A DNA stretch of 42,038 bases. It comes from a virus. Lineage: Duplodnaviria > Heunggongvirae > Uroviricota > Caudoviricetes. Each line of letters opens with the position of its first letter. The first letter of the stretch is position 1. This document shows, piece after piece, positions 27,906 to 38,168 of this stretch. A program made the translations under genes and the position numbers. The notes under the pieces are model-generated. The model did not search any database and had not been told where the DNA came from. It worked only from the letters and a program-made list of their open reading frames with translations. Where the stretch lies: the IMG/VR virus record IMGVR_UViG_3300045921_000484, positions 153,258-195,295 of that record, one strand, 5' to 3'.

Positions 27906-30900
27906 TGTTCTATACTTAAATTATTATTTCCTATACTATTAGTATTAATATTATCAGAGCATTCAATATGATATTTATAATCCCAAGTGGATTTGAATAT
28001 AAAGAAATCTATAATAGCGTATCCAAATTCATCTAACATGGGGTATATTGATTTGTAGTCTTTTCTATCCTTTAGCTTCATTATATTTTTATTAGGATTA
28101 ACTTTAGATATAATTCTTTGTTTTATTTTTCCAAAATTTGTAAGTGATGTATCGAATTTATAATTACCATATAATGATGTTGTTAATCCTGGCCTTTCAA
28201 ATAATTCAATTTCATAAAATATTGGCATATAATATCCACTGTGTCTATAAACATTATTATAAACCGTATTGACTAACCCATGTGTGTTTTTAACTAATAC
28301 CCTTTGTGGTTCTTTATCTGACACTCTAAACTCTTCTTTCCTTGAAATTTTATAAGATAGTGGTAATCCGTTATAATAGTTTAGATTATCAATATTATCA
28401 ATAATTCCTCCCTTTAATTGTTTATTAGATTTTAGTAAATTATTCGGAACCTCAACAACTTCATGTTTTAGTGAATCAACTCTAACATTAAATTCATCAG
28501 GAAAGTCACATTTTATTAAATGTGGTAATCCAACCATATTTTGATAGTTATATGTATTAATAGACCCATCTTCATTTATTATTACATAGTTTAGATAATC
28601 GGTGAATCCATATCTATTAGTTATGTCATTTATACAGTTTATTAGATTAACAGCTGTTAATTTAGAATTAATTGGACTCTTTAATCCATTTTTTGTATAT
28701 TTAAGATTCCTCTGATATAAAGCGAATCCATATAAGTCATCTCTATCAGCTCCAGATATATTCTTTATTGTATTGTCATTTATCGCTATATTAATAAGTA
28801 TATTTTTCCACTTTTTATTTATGTAGATATTTATACCATTTTCAAGTGTTGATCTTGTCTCATTACTTTTTATTATGTAATATTTATCATTTAGTAATAT
28901 TACTGGATTAGTATCCGAATCATAAACTATATTAGTATCTGGATCTATTGAACAAACTCTTGACCAATATAATGTATTTGTTGGTAAGTAATTTACCGAT
29001 GTTGTAATACATCTATAAACGGTATTATTATAAACAACAATATCACCAAAAATATATGTTTTATTAAAGTTCCAGAGTGATACTATTTTCCATCTAGACA
29101 TGGATTCATATCCAGATGTCTTTTCCCAATACTGATTGAAGTAATTAGATGTTGTATCAATGTCTGTCATTCTACTTGTTACAGTAGAAGGTCTATGTGT
29201 GTTATTACCAACTTTGGATATCCAATACTCACCTTTATAGATAACAACACTATTTGTAGCATATGTAGAATATGGATTCCATAAGGATACTGTGCCTGAT
29301 GAATCATACTTATAATATTCGCCAGAATTGTATATTACATATCCGTCTGTATATGACGCATCATAGTTTGGATTCCAAAGTATTGAAGATGTTGGTGATA
29401 CAAATTGACTAGGTGACCATACACTTGTGTATGAATAAGGAGCAAGTATATTATTTGATATGGAATTTATTGGACCATGTGCTGTAGCAGCAACATATAA
29501 TATATCATCATGTACTACTATTGAGTTTGATTCATATGATTGTCTTGAATCCCAATTATCAACAATTAGCCAATTCATTTTATTTGAAAGACTTGTATTT
29601 GATACACAAACATTACCCGAACATGAAGAAGTTATTGATATAGGATTTTCATCTTCATCCATTAGACTTATAAGTAAACTATTTCCTAATTGGTATGTAC
29701 TTCCTACATAAACATTTGATAGAGAAATACAAGAGGATGTTATTGACAATAAATCACCAACTAAAATTTTATCTGAGTCACCGTTATTTATTTCAAAAAT
29801 ATACTCAGATGTTAAAGCTAATGGTGGATTAGTTAGATCCTCTACAAGTTGATCTCTCCATCCACCCGGAATATATGTTTGAAAACTATAGCAAGTTGTT
29901 GTTACGGAAGGCTTTTTATTATCTGATAATAATATAGATAATTTGTAATCCTCAAACTTATTTGAAGTTACTAGGTTTATATTGGTTATTTTGCCATCCT
30001 CATATTTAATATTTTCTATATCAAATATTGAGAATTTAATTCCTCTGAAAAGAGAAATATTCGGAGTATCAAAATCACCTCTATTGAATGTAGAATACTT
30101 TTTAGTATTCTTAATCACTTTACCATTTTGAAATTTTGTCTTCTTACTAAAGAAGTATGAAAAATAGTCCGAACTATATGTCATAGATTGTGTGCCAACC
30201 GAATATGTTGATGTATTTAGATATAATCCCAAGTCAAACCTAAATGATGTGTTAATATAATCACCGATATGATCCTCTACATGCAAAGAGTGGTGAGAAT
30301 ATGATGATGTTGATGAGTTTATAGTATAGAAATAATCAAGATTTCTTTCTATTCTTGAAGGAATAGGTTGAAATGGATTTACGGTTCTATTATATTCCTC
30401 AAAGATATTCGAATTATTCAATAAGTATGGATAATCATTTGCTGATAAAGAGTTTTGAAATCCCCATCTACAATAAATTGGATTCTTCCTCCATATTTCA
30501 GAAAGATCATTACTCACAATCCTGAATGTTTCAAGATTTGCTGTATATTCAGATGATACTGGAATATTTGTAACTTCACCTTTATAAACATAATCATCTA
30601 AATCATACGGGAAGCTATTGGTTCTTAAATCCGGAAGATACATTTTTGTCTCATCGGTCTTAGTCAATTCATCAACTTTTTCGTACTCATATTTAGAGAA
30701 TTCCGTATCAACAATTGATGTGTCAAAGTCTTTAATATCTGTGAAGTTAATTCTATAAATTTTAAATTTCTTAGGAGCATTGTCTTTATCAACTAATAGA
30801 CTAACAGTAGTTGTATATGATTTATCTGGTTGATTTATGTAATAACTATACTTATCGATTAAAAAATCAAATCCATAATCAGTATTTACTTTTAATTTAT

Positions 30901-32221
30901 CATCTTCTTTAACTATATTGTGATATTTACCATCAATTTCTATTAGCCAAACATCGGCTTTGTCAAAGTCAGGTATACTAAAATATGAGTAATCACTATA
31001 TCTTATAATATAATTGTCTTTGTCAAAAAGACAGATATTTTTATTCAGATAGGATTCTTTACCAGATAAGCTTATATCACTTACTATTCTATATCTATAA
31101 ATATCTGTAGTTATAAACTCTTCAGATGATACAGTACTTTTTCGATTGATTGATGTATTTACTTTACCAATAGTTCTAGGTTGAGTTTCTTTATATTGCT
31201 CAATTTTATAAAAATCACCTAAATATTCAACATAGTATTCTTTTTTTGAAAAATCAAGGTCTGATTTATTATCATCAAATGGATAGTTAGAGGTGTGTGA
31301 TTTTAATGTATTAGTAGAATCTATATATACGTCACTCTTTAATTTAACTGTTAAGTATGGTGATATTGATGTTACTAAATCCATATCATCTAAATAAAAA
31401 CCATAATATCTATTTATGCTCCATTTTCTAAGTGATGTCTTAGTTGCTGGAGTATCATCAAAAAGGAAAGACATATTTAATATATTTGGAAACACTACTC
31501 TATTTTTAGCGTATCCATCAAATATAAACTTCTCTAAATCGAAAATGGCATTCTCATATTCAAATACATCATTCATAAAGAATGATTTATATGTATATCC
31601 ACCTGTATCATAATCGATACCAAACCATTTAGTAAACTCATCTTTTCTATAATCTACCTCTAATGGTGTATCAGGGAAAAGATCATTTCTAAGGAAGTTC
31701 TTTTCTATCCATTCTCCTAATGGTGAATTCTTTGTTAGGTCAAATATTTTAACACACTTCAATTTATTAATTATTTCACTTTTAAAGTTATCCTTAGTTA
31801 GATCAATTAAACCAGGACCATCTACTCGGAATATTGCAAAATATTTTGGAAAAGATCCTTTTGCAAAGTAAATAGGAGCGAAGAATTCATATTCCTCTTT
31901 ATAGTTTTTATTATCAATAATATTCCTAGCACCCATTAAATACATATCATCATATTGTTCATTATAATTAGAAAACATGTTATCATTATCATTATTGTAT
32001 CTAATGGAAAAAGCTATCTCAGTTGGTAGATTTTTGAAAAAATAAGGAACCATTTCATCAAAATAGTTCTCTTTATTAAACCTAACTTTTTTAAATTTAT
32101 TAGATGATAGTTCTGGAGCAGAGTCAATACTATCCATGAATAGATCATAGTTACTACCAACCACTATTTTCATATTGGTTGTTAATCCAGTATTTGTCCT
32201 TAGTATTGAGAATGATTTCAT
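27902..32221 (-). CDS. Very large putative virion protein (1439 aa) with tandem CBM5/12-like modules
   Basis: Four W-x4-5-Y-x2-(G/N)-x2-V-x-Y-x-G/N motifs near aa 890-1085; coupled to its neighbours. Confidence 0.7.
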   Translation of the reverse strand: MKSFSILRTNTGLTTNMKIVVGSNYDLFMDSIDSAPELSSNKFKKVRFNKENYFDEMVPYFFKNLPTEIAFSIRYNNDNDNMFSNYNEQYDDMYLMGARNIIDNKNYKEEYEFFAPIYFAKGSFPKYFAIFRVDGPGLIDLTKDNFKSEIINKLKCVKIFDLTKNSPLGEWIEKNFLRNDLFPDTPLEVDYRKDEFTKWFGIDYDTGGYTYKSFFMNDVFEYENAIFDLEKFIFDGYAKNRVVFPNILNMSFLFDDTPATKTSLRKWSINRYYGFYLDDMDLVTSISPYLTVKLKSDVYIDSTNTLKSHTSNYPFDDNKSDLDFSKKEYYVEYLGDFYKIEQYKETQPRTIGKVNTSINRKSTVSSEEFITTDIYRYRIVSDISLSGKESYLNKNICLFDKDNYIIRYSDYSYFSIPDFDKADVWLIEIDGKYHNIVKEDDKLKVNTDYGFDFLIDKYSYYINQPDKSYTTTVSLLVDKDNAPKKFKIYRINFTDIKDFDTSIVDTEFSKYEYEKVDELTKTDETKMYLPDLRTNSFPYDLDDYVYKGEVTNIPVSSEYTANLETFRIVSNDLSEIWRKNPIYCRWGFQNSLSANDYPYLLNNSNIFEEYNRTVNPFQPIPSRIERNLDYFYTINSSTSSYSHHSLHVEDHIGDYINTSFRFDLGLYLNTSTYSVGTQSMTYSSDYFSYFFSKKTKFQNGKVIKNTKKYSTFNRGDFDTPNISLFRGIKFSIFDIENIKYEDGKITNINLVTSNKFEDYKLSILLSDNKKPSVTTTCYSFQTYIPGGWRDQLVEDLTNPPLALTSEYIFEINNGDSDKILVGDLLSITSSCISLSNVYVGSTYQLGNSLLISLMDEDENPISITSSCSGNVCVSNTSLSNKMNWLIVDNWDSRQSYESNSIVVHDDILYVAATAHGPINSISNNILAPYSYTSVWSPSQFVSPTSSILWNPNYDASYTDGYVIYNSGEYYKYDSSGTVSLWNPYSTYATNSVVIYKGEYWISKVGNNTHRPSTVTSRMTDIDTTSNYFNQYWEKTSGYESMSRWKIVSLWNFNKTYIFGDIVVYNNTVYRCITTSVNYLPTNTLYWSRVCSIDPDTNIVYDSDTNPVILLNDKYYIIKSNETRSTLENGINIYINKKWKNILINIAINDNTIKNISGADRDDLYGFALYQRNLKYTKNGLKSPINSKLTAVNLINCINDITNRYGFTDYLNYVIINEDGSINTYNYQNMVGLPHLIKCDFPDEFNVRVDSLKHEVVEVPNNLLKSNKQLKGGIIDNIDNLNYYNGLPLSYKISRKEEFRVSDKEPQRVLVKNTHGLVNTVYNNVYRHSGYYMPIFYEIELFERPGLTTSLYGNYKFDTSLTNFGKIKQRIISKVNPNKNIMKLKDRKDYKSIYPMLDEFGYAIIDFFIFKSTWDYKYHIECSDNINTNSIGNNNLSIEQ

Positions 32222-35200
32222 TATGTAATTGACATGTTTATTGGTGTAGCTACTTTTTTAAGTACTACTTTGCTTCTATTTATATTAAACTTAATTGAGA
32301 ATTGAAAAGGTTTGTTTTCAGATTCATTTTCAACAAAGAATTTAAGTTTCTTTATATGTTTAATGGTACTTGTAGATGAGTTCAAATCAATATATTCATA
32401 ATTTAATCCACCTTGACTTGGATCAAGCGCATTCATTTTGAAGTAGATATTTATAGGTATTACAATCGATTTATCATCACCTCCATTTAAAACTTTTATT
32501 TTATCAGCATTTGTTTCTGTTATATCCTCTAAATTTGGAACAACAGGATGAATTGTGGTTAATAGTTTAGATGTTGAAGCAACACTCACTGTTGTATCAA
32601 TCCATTTCTTAGTATCTAATAGTGATTTATTATTACCAACAAAAGATAATATAGATGTTTCATTATATCCAATATTAAACTCGTTGGATGCTAATACCGA
32701 AGTTATTGAGTTATTATTATTTGCTATAAAATTATTATTTATATTTTCAGATAACTTAGTTACAACAGTATCAGTTACACTTTCGAAGTTAACACTCCAT
32801 ATAAATTGATTATTCAACTGAGTTCTTGTCTGACCAGTTGATGAAGATGATAATAATTCATCCTTGTCATTTACCCAGAATACTTGTGGTGCACCAGCAT
32901 TATAAATATCAGAATTTGAATTATAAGTCCTATTTGATAATAAACCTAGTGGTGAATCAACAGACTTATTTCTAATCTTTAATACAAAGTCTTTTATTAC
33001 ATAAATATTGTTTGCATAAATTCTACCCGCTTGAACTTGTCTAGTGTTAGCAGAACCTATAAATCTTTCTAAGTAATCTTCACATTCTATATTGAATGAT
33101 AATTCAGATCCATTTTGAACAACAAATTCTTGGTTATTCCTAAGTACAATAATTTCAAGCTCACCTTTAGCTCTTTTAATTTTCTCCTCAAGTGATATTA
33201 TTCTGTCTTGAAGACTTTTCAAATAATCAAATAAACTAAGAGATACACCATTAGCATCTTTGAATCCTGATAGAATCTTTGTTGTATCATGATGATAAGT
33301 TACATTATTAACAACTATCGTTCCTGATAAGTGGTTGTCTAAACCTTTAGCTGATAACTCTTGATTCATTCTAACTTTTAGCTCTTCTTTAGTGGCTTCT
33401 TGTAAAATAAAGTCATTTTCATTAACAACATTATTAAGATCATCTGGAAATTCAACTGTAAGAATCTCTGACCAATCAGATTCAACCGGTGATTCTGGCC
33501 AACCAACTTCTGAAATAGATTTAATTCTTATCTCAATTTTTTCATTTGGCTGTATTGGTATATCCAATTGATTGATATTTGGAGTGTCTGCATTTTCAAT
33601 ATCCTCAATCTCCCAAGTATATGTTCCAGTAGATGGATTAAATGTTCTCTTTCTAGCATCAGTTTTGAATTCTATCCAGTTAGAATATGCTGCGTTTTGA
33701 CTAGTTCCTTGATTATTAGAAACTCTGAATGTTTCAGTTGGTGTTTCTCTACCATCTTTAGACAAATATCTATATTGTATTCTAAACTGAACAATCTCTT
33801 GAGGAAATGTACCTCTTGTTACAATAGCTTCAGGCATTGGCCAGAAACCTCTAACTCTAAACTTAGGCTCAACTTTAGTTAGACCAGGTCTTTTAGAGAT
33901 ATCAATTATCTCTTGAGTTATAGATGCTAGTAATTTCGATTTACTTTCTCTCTTTTTACTAAGAGATTCTATTTCTAAGTTGATCTGTTTTTTGTCAGCT
34001 TCGGAAGTGAATCTTAAAACTTTATCCTTTTTATTCTTTGACTCAATAGCATCATTTATCTGAGTAATTTCAGATTTTAATGAATTCATTAAGTTATGCT
34101 TTGTCTTAATTAAATTAGCATCGGGTGTATCAGTTAAATGCTTATTAATCTGGACAACTTTGAAGTTTGATATATTTAAAGTTGGTGGTGTTGGAGTACC
34201 CGCTAATTTATTAGGTGTCTTCTTAGCAACAAGGTCTTTTAAAACTTCACCATAATCATATACATAATCGATATAGTACTGTTCCATAGTTAGACCATTA
34301 TCGTTACTACTAGATGATAATCTAAGATCATTTGTCCAATATCCTGTACCTAAGCTCCAATTTTTAGCAACCAAATGATTATCAGCATTTATTGGTTTGA
34401 TGAAAAGGACATTTCTCTCATTATAACCTATACTAACTCTTATTTTCTTAGTATAAACGATTGGAGAATACATTTTAATAGTACCTATTCCAATTGGAAT
34501 TGGTTGATTACCTTCTATTCTCTCGAATCTAACTCTGTAATTTGATTCAACTGTTGATACCTCAATTACTTTATATCTTGTGCTAGATATTTCAGCATTT
34601 AACATCACTTCATCACCTTGTGATAATTGTCTAACTTCATTTGTTTCAGTTACAAGATAATCAAGTGTATTTAAGTGATACCATAGTTTTCTATTAAGTC
34701 TATCTTCTTCTGTTTTTAAAACAGAGAATACCCCATCATATAATAAAGAATTTGGTTCCAAGTCAAATACTTGTTCGTCATAATTAGGATTTAATGGTTC
34801 AACAACACCAGGTGTTGTTCTGTGCCAAATAACAAAATCATCAATGTTGATGTTTGCTTTTCCTCTAAATTCTTGATTGAAGCTATTTAGAGCTGACTGA
34901 CCAAGTGGTGTTAAATTTCCTGCCTCATCTTTTGCAAAATCAACGATATATCTTCTTACTAAACACTTTCTAACATTGTTTTCTATTTTACCAGTTAGAT
35001 CCAATTCAATAGACAATAGTGGATTTAATAATCCATCAAATATCCAGTTTTTACTTGATTTAAAGCTATCTACAATTTGAAGTTCATTTAGACTAGCAGG
35101 TTCTTTATTCAAATCAACAGTAACAACTTTCTTAAACTTATTAATACCAGCCGCAGTTTGTATAAGAGCTCCATTGCTATTATCAATATTATAAATGGAG

Positions 35201-35418
35201 TTAACATTATTATTTAATCTATCAATTTCATTCTTTAAGAAATTAAATGATGGAAGTGTATATTGTTTCAAAACACCTTCCTCATCAATGATTGATACGT
35301 TTACAGTTGACTCTGTTGTTGTAGAAAGAGTGTTTATTTTAGATAAAATTTCTACTAAATTTTTATTAAATGTTATTATTTGTTCTGCTACTGATGGAAA
35401 TGAGCTTCTTGCTGGCAT
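32221..35418 (-). CDS. Large putative virion protein (1065 aa) with coiled coils and an FN3-like segment
   Basis: Heptad segments, EKIEIRIKSISEVG...SDWSE beta-sandwich end; TAATATATA at 35440-35448. Confidence 0.7.
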   Translation of the reverse strand: MPARSSFPSVAEQIITFNKNLVEILSKINTLSTTTESTVNVSIIDEEGVLKQYTLPSFNFLKNEIDRLNNNVNSIYNIDNSNGALIQTAAGINKFKKVVTVDLNKEPASLNELQIVDSFKSSKNWIFDGLLNPLLSIELDLTGKIENNVRKCLVRRYIVDFAKDEAGNLTPLGQSALNSFNQEFRGKANINIDDFVIWHRTTPGVVEPLNPNYDEQVFDLEPNSLLYDGVFSVLKTEEDRLNRKLWYHLNTLDYLVTETNEVRQLSQGDEVMLNAEISSTRYKVIEVSTVESNYRVRFERIEGNQPIPIGIGTIKMYSPIVYTKKIRVSIGYNERNVLFIKPINADNHLVAKNWSLGTGYWTNDLRLSSSSNDNGLTMEQYYIDYVYDYGEVLKDLVAKKTPNKLAGTPTPPTLNISNFKVVQINKHLTDTPDANLIKTKHNLMNSLKSEITQINDAIESKNKKDKVLRFTSEADKKQINLEIESLSKKRESKSKLLASITQEIIDISKRPGLTKVEPKFRVRGFWPMPEAIVTRGTFPQEIVQFRIQYRYLSKDGRETPTETFRVSNNQGTSQNAAYSNWIEFKTDARKRTFNPSTGTYTWEIEDIENADTPNINQLDIPIQPNEKIEIRIKSISEVGWPESPVESDWSEILTVEFPDDLNNVVNENDFILQEATKEELKVRMNQELSAKGLDNHLSGTIVVNNVTYHHDTTKILSGFKDANGVSLSLFDYLKSLQDRIISLEEKIKRAKGELEIIVLRNNQEFVVQNGSELSFNIECEDYLERFIGSANTRQVQAGRIYANNIYVIKDFVLKIRNKSVDSPLGLLSNRTYNSNSDIYNAGAPQVFWVNDKDELLSSSSTGQTRTQLNNQFIWSVNFESVTDTVVTKLSENINNNFIANNNNSITSVLASNEFNIGYNETSILSFVGNNKSLLDTKKWIDTTVSVASTSKLLTTIHPVVPNLEDITETNADKIKVLNGGDDKSIVIPINIYFKMNALDPSQGGLNYEYIDLNSSTSTIKHIKKLKFFVENESENKPFQFSIKFNINRSKVVLKKVATPINMSIT

Positions 35419-35513
35419 AGTTTAGCTATTAATTTTTCTTATATATTAAATTCTACTCATTTCTTTAGTATTTGTTTTTTTTTATTTTTATATAGGATTG
35501 CTTTCTAATAAAT

Positions 35514-35545
35514 AAAAAAACCCTCAAATTTCTCTGAGGGGTTTT
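35514..35545 (-). terminator. Rho-independent terminator
   Basis: Minus strand CCCTCA-gagaaatt-TGAGGG followed by a T7 run, immediately at the stop of the gene above. Confidence 0.7.
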
Positions 35546-36017
35546 ATGATTCTACTTCAACTACATATTGACCGTGGTAAGTTTTGAAATCCGGTTTTCT
35601 CATAACTGTTATAACAGTTAATTTAAACTCATTATCACCCGGTTCTAATTGACAAACAACATTTATATTATTTGTCTTATTCTTTATAACAAATCTGTTT
35701 GGTTCACCAGCTTTAACGCCCTTTGTTGGATAATCATCTTCATTCTGATAAATATCAAATTTATTCTGCATTAAAGCTATTGTGATTTCTTCTATTGCTA
35801 ATTCTATCGTTTCAATTATATCATTATCTGATATAACTTCATCTTTCATACCACCATGTCTAAATTGTCTATCAGTAGCATGTTGTATCTTTTCAATATC
35901 TATTCTTATCTCAACAGGCTCTTTAAGATATCCAATACTCTTAGGAGCTTTAAATGACATAGCTTTTCTATCAATATACCCACGAGTGAATCTTTCAAAT
36001 GTTCTTAGATGATTCAT
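35544..36017 (-). CDS. CTS-like leader (MNHLRTFE) plus a RelE/DUF4258-like domain
   Basis: ATG 36017 preferred to TTG 36032; contains HA-x-x-R-x-x-R-H...IS..DI and a terminal VVC...VITV pattern. Confidence 0.55.
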   Translation of the reverse strand: MNHLRTFERFTRGYIDRKAMSFKAPKSIGYLKEPVEIRIDIEKIQHATDRQFRHGGMKDEVISDNDIIETIELAIEEITIALMQNKFDIYQNEDDYPTKGVKAGEPNRFVIKNKTNNINVVCQLEPGDNEFKLTVITVMRKPDFKTYHGQYVVEVES

Positions 36018-36274
36018 TAGTAAATTTTCCAATTTTTATATGTATAACATTAGAGATATTTATTATGGTCTTATCGCAAACCTCAACTTTGAGTTCTAAA
36101 ACCTCAGGTTAATTAAACCTGAATTCTTCATATAATTTATATCTCATTATATTATATATTAATAATATAATCTTAGATTTTATATGAATTCGGATAAAGA
36201 AAACACAGACATGCAAATGAAATAAGACCAATTAATGTTGGCATAATTAGTCTTTATCTAACGTGTATTTCATA

Positions 36275-37015
36275 TTAAGAGAGAATTTTTACAACAACTT
36301 CCTCAACAAACTCTTTCATATCCTTTGGATCAATTGTTGATACAGTATCTTTACTGCTGTGACAGTTAAATAACATAGAGAAATCTAAGTAATTATCACC
36401 ATATTTAACACTTGTTTTTTTATCAGTAGGGGGAATCGGGTTTATAACACAAGAATCAATTCCATTTTGTCTGAATATAACTGAGTCATTAAATGGTGTA
36501 TTAACAATCGGTGCATCAGGGAATAATGATTTAATCTTGTCTTGTAGTTTACCTGGGTAATTACCAATAAAGAAATACTTACCACCTTTACCAGTAAGTT
36601 CTAAGTTAAGTACCCATTCAATATCTCCGAAATACCCATCATTTATTTTATCAGATATAGCTTTTGAACCCTTACCTCCAAATTCTTCACCATCTAAAAG
36701 AACAACATGAATATGTGGCATTAGTTTCTTAACCATAATTGCATTGATTACAGAACAAGAATTATCATTAGCATTATCAATATTTGGATTATTAATATCG
36801 TGATGAGCAACAACCATCTTATTGGATGAACCTTTTAGAATAAGGTTATATAGTGTTGTCTCTCCTATTTTGGATTTATCTAATTCATATTTAATTCCTT
36901 CCGAATCAAGTAAAGACATTAAGAATTTAACTCTTGGAGTTGGTTCATTCGGATCATTCTCATAAACTGTTCCAAGGTTTCTTACTTTACAGAAGTCATA
37001 TATCTTTGAATACAT
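36275..37015 (-). CDS. M28-family metallopeptidase
   Basis: VVAHHD, ANDNSCSV, LLDGEEFG, NLELTG and terminal HSSKDT metal-ligand motifs. Confidence 0.85.
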   Translation of the reverse strand: MYSKIYDFCKVRNLGTVYENDPNEPTPRVKFLMSLLDSEGIKYELDKSKIGETTLYNLILKGSSNKMVVAHHDINNPNIDNANDNSCSVINAIMVKKLMPHIHVVLLDGEEFGGKGSKAISDKINDGYFGDIEWVLNLELTGKGGKYFFIGNYPGKLQDKIKSLFPDAPIVNTPFNDSVIFRQNGIDSCVINPIPPTDKKTSVKYGDNYLDFSMLFNCHSSKDTVSTIDPKDMKEFVEEVVVKILS

Positions 37016-37083
37016 ATATTAATCTAAAAAATGTTTTTAAACATCGAATGAGATAAACATCTAAAATGATTTTAGTAAAATCA

Positions 37084-37704
37084 TTATTTATATTTATGCT
37101 CTTCTATTAAATATTTATCAATTATTTTTTGGTCAATTTTATTAACCTGTGTTAGTAAGTCACCAAACACTTTTTTATCAACGTCCTCATAATTGTGAAT
37201 TATATAATCAGCTTTTTGATTTTTATCTAAATCAACCATTTCAACAGACATATTTTGATATATATCAGAAATAAGCATATCAGGATTTAGATATTTACAT
37301 CTTTCCATTCTCTCGGTAGGAGGCGAAAAGACATTTATATTATAATCCATTTTCTTATCCCATCCTCTTTCAAATAAAATTGATGAATGAAATATAGTAT
37401 AGATTGAATGTTTATTTTTAAGTCGAAACTTCTCATATGCCTTGAATAACTCAAATTCTGCTTGATCAACTATTTTATCGAAAGCGCCATATAGAGCTAT
37501 CATTTTTTCATCTAAAAAACCATCATTTTTGAAAATACCTGTACCGATTTTGTTTTTTAGTATATGTCGAATTTCAAAGTTATGATTGATTATAAACTTT
37601 AATATAATATCGGCATGAAATACAGGAATACTAATTTGTTGGAATATCTTAGAAACTCTATCCTTACCTGAATATCTATTACCGGTGAGACCTATTTTTA
37701 CCAT
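37084..37704 (-). CDS. coaE: Dephospho-CoA kinase-like protein
   Basis: KIGLTG..SGK P-loop, IPVFHAD, ILFE..W, and a terminal ADYIIHN typical of CoaE; the P-loop is atypical. Confidence 0.7.
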   Translation of the reverse strand: MVKIGLTGNRYSGKDRVSKIFQQISIPVFHADIILKFIINHNFEIRHILKNKIGTGIFKNDGFLDEKMIALYGAFDKIVDQAEFELFKAYEKFRLKNKHSIYTIFHSSILFERGWDKKMDYNINVFSPPTERMERCKYLNPDMLISDIYQNMSVEMVDLDKNQKADYIIHNYEDVDKKVFGDLLTQVNKIDQKIIDKYLIEEHKYK

Positions 37705-37984
37705 ATATACAAATATATAAAGAATATTTTAACAAAACAAATTTGAAAAATTATAATTTTTATTTACACAAATTGTTTATCATATCAGGTTATAAAAAAT
37801 AAACTATCTAAAATAATAATATTTGTTGATAATGATGAACCGCTTCTATAATAAGAAATTTATTTAATCATTTCAGAAATATCTTAATAGTAAATTTGCT
37901 GAACATTACTTTCAAAAGAAGAAGATATAGAAGGTTAAACATAACGATTAAAAGTAATTAACTTCATTAATAAAAATAATTAAT

Positions 37985-38011
37985 AATTGTGTCCTCAACA
38001 GGGACACAATT
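37985..38011. terminator. Stem-loop in a non-coding region
   Basis: AATTGTGTCC(T)-caaca-(G)GGACACAATT. Confidence 0.5.
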
Positions 38012-38168
38012 TAAGATGTGGAATATCAAACAAACTGTATTAACCGAACTGAGCTGGGCACATCACCGAACTATTTTTTCAAGATGCCAAAGTATTGAGG
38101 AAAAATATTTTACATTTAAAATAGGAAATTTTAATTAATATATACTAAAAAAAATTAACCACGATAAA

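Noticed and set aside
38016-38138. 40-aa ORF MWNIKQTVLTELSWAHHRTIFSRCQSIEEKYFTFKIGNFN
   Set aside because: No promoter motif upstream, it starts directly after a hairpin, and it has no recognisable motif; kept only as an alternative explanation for that region.
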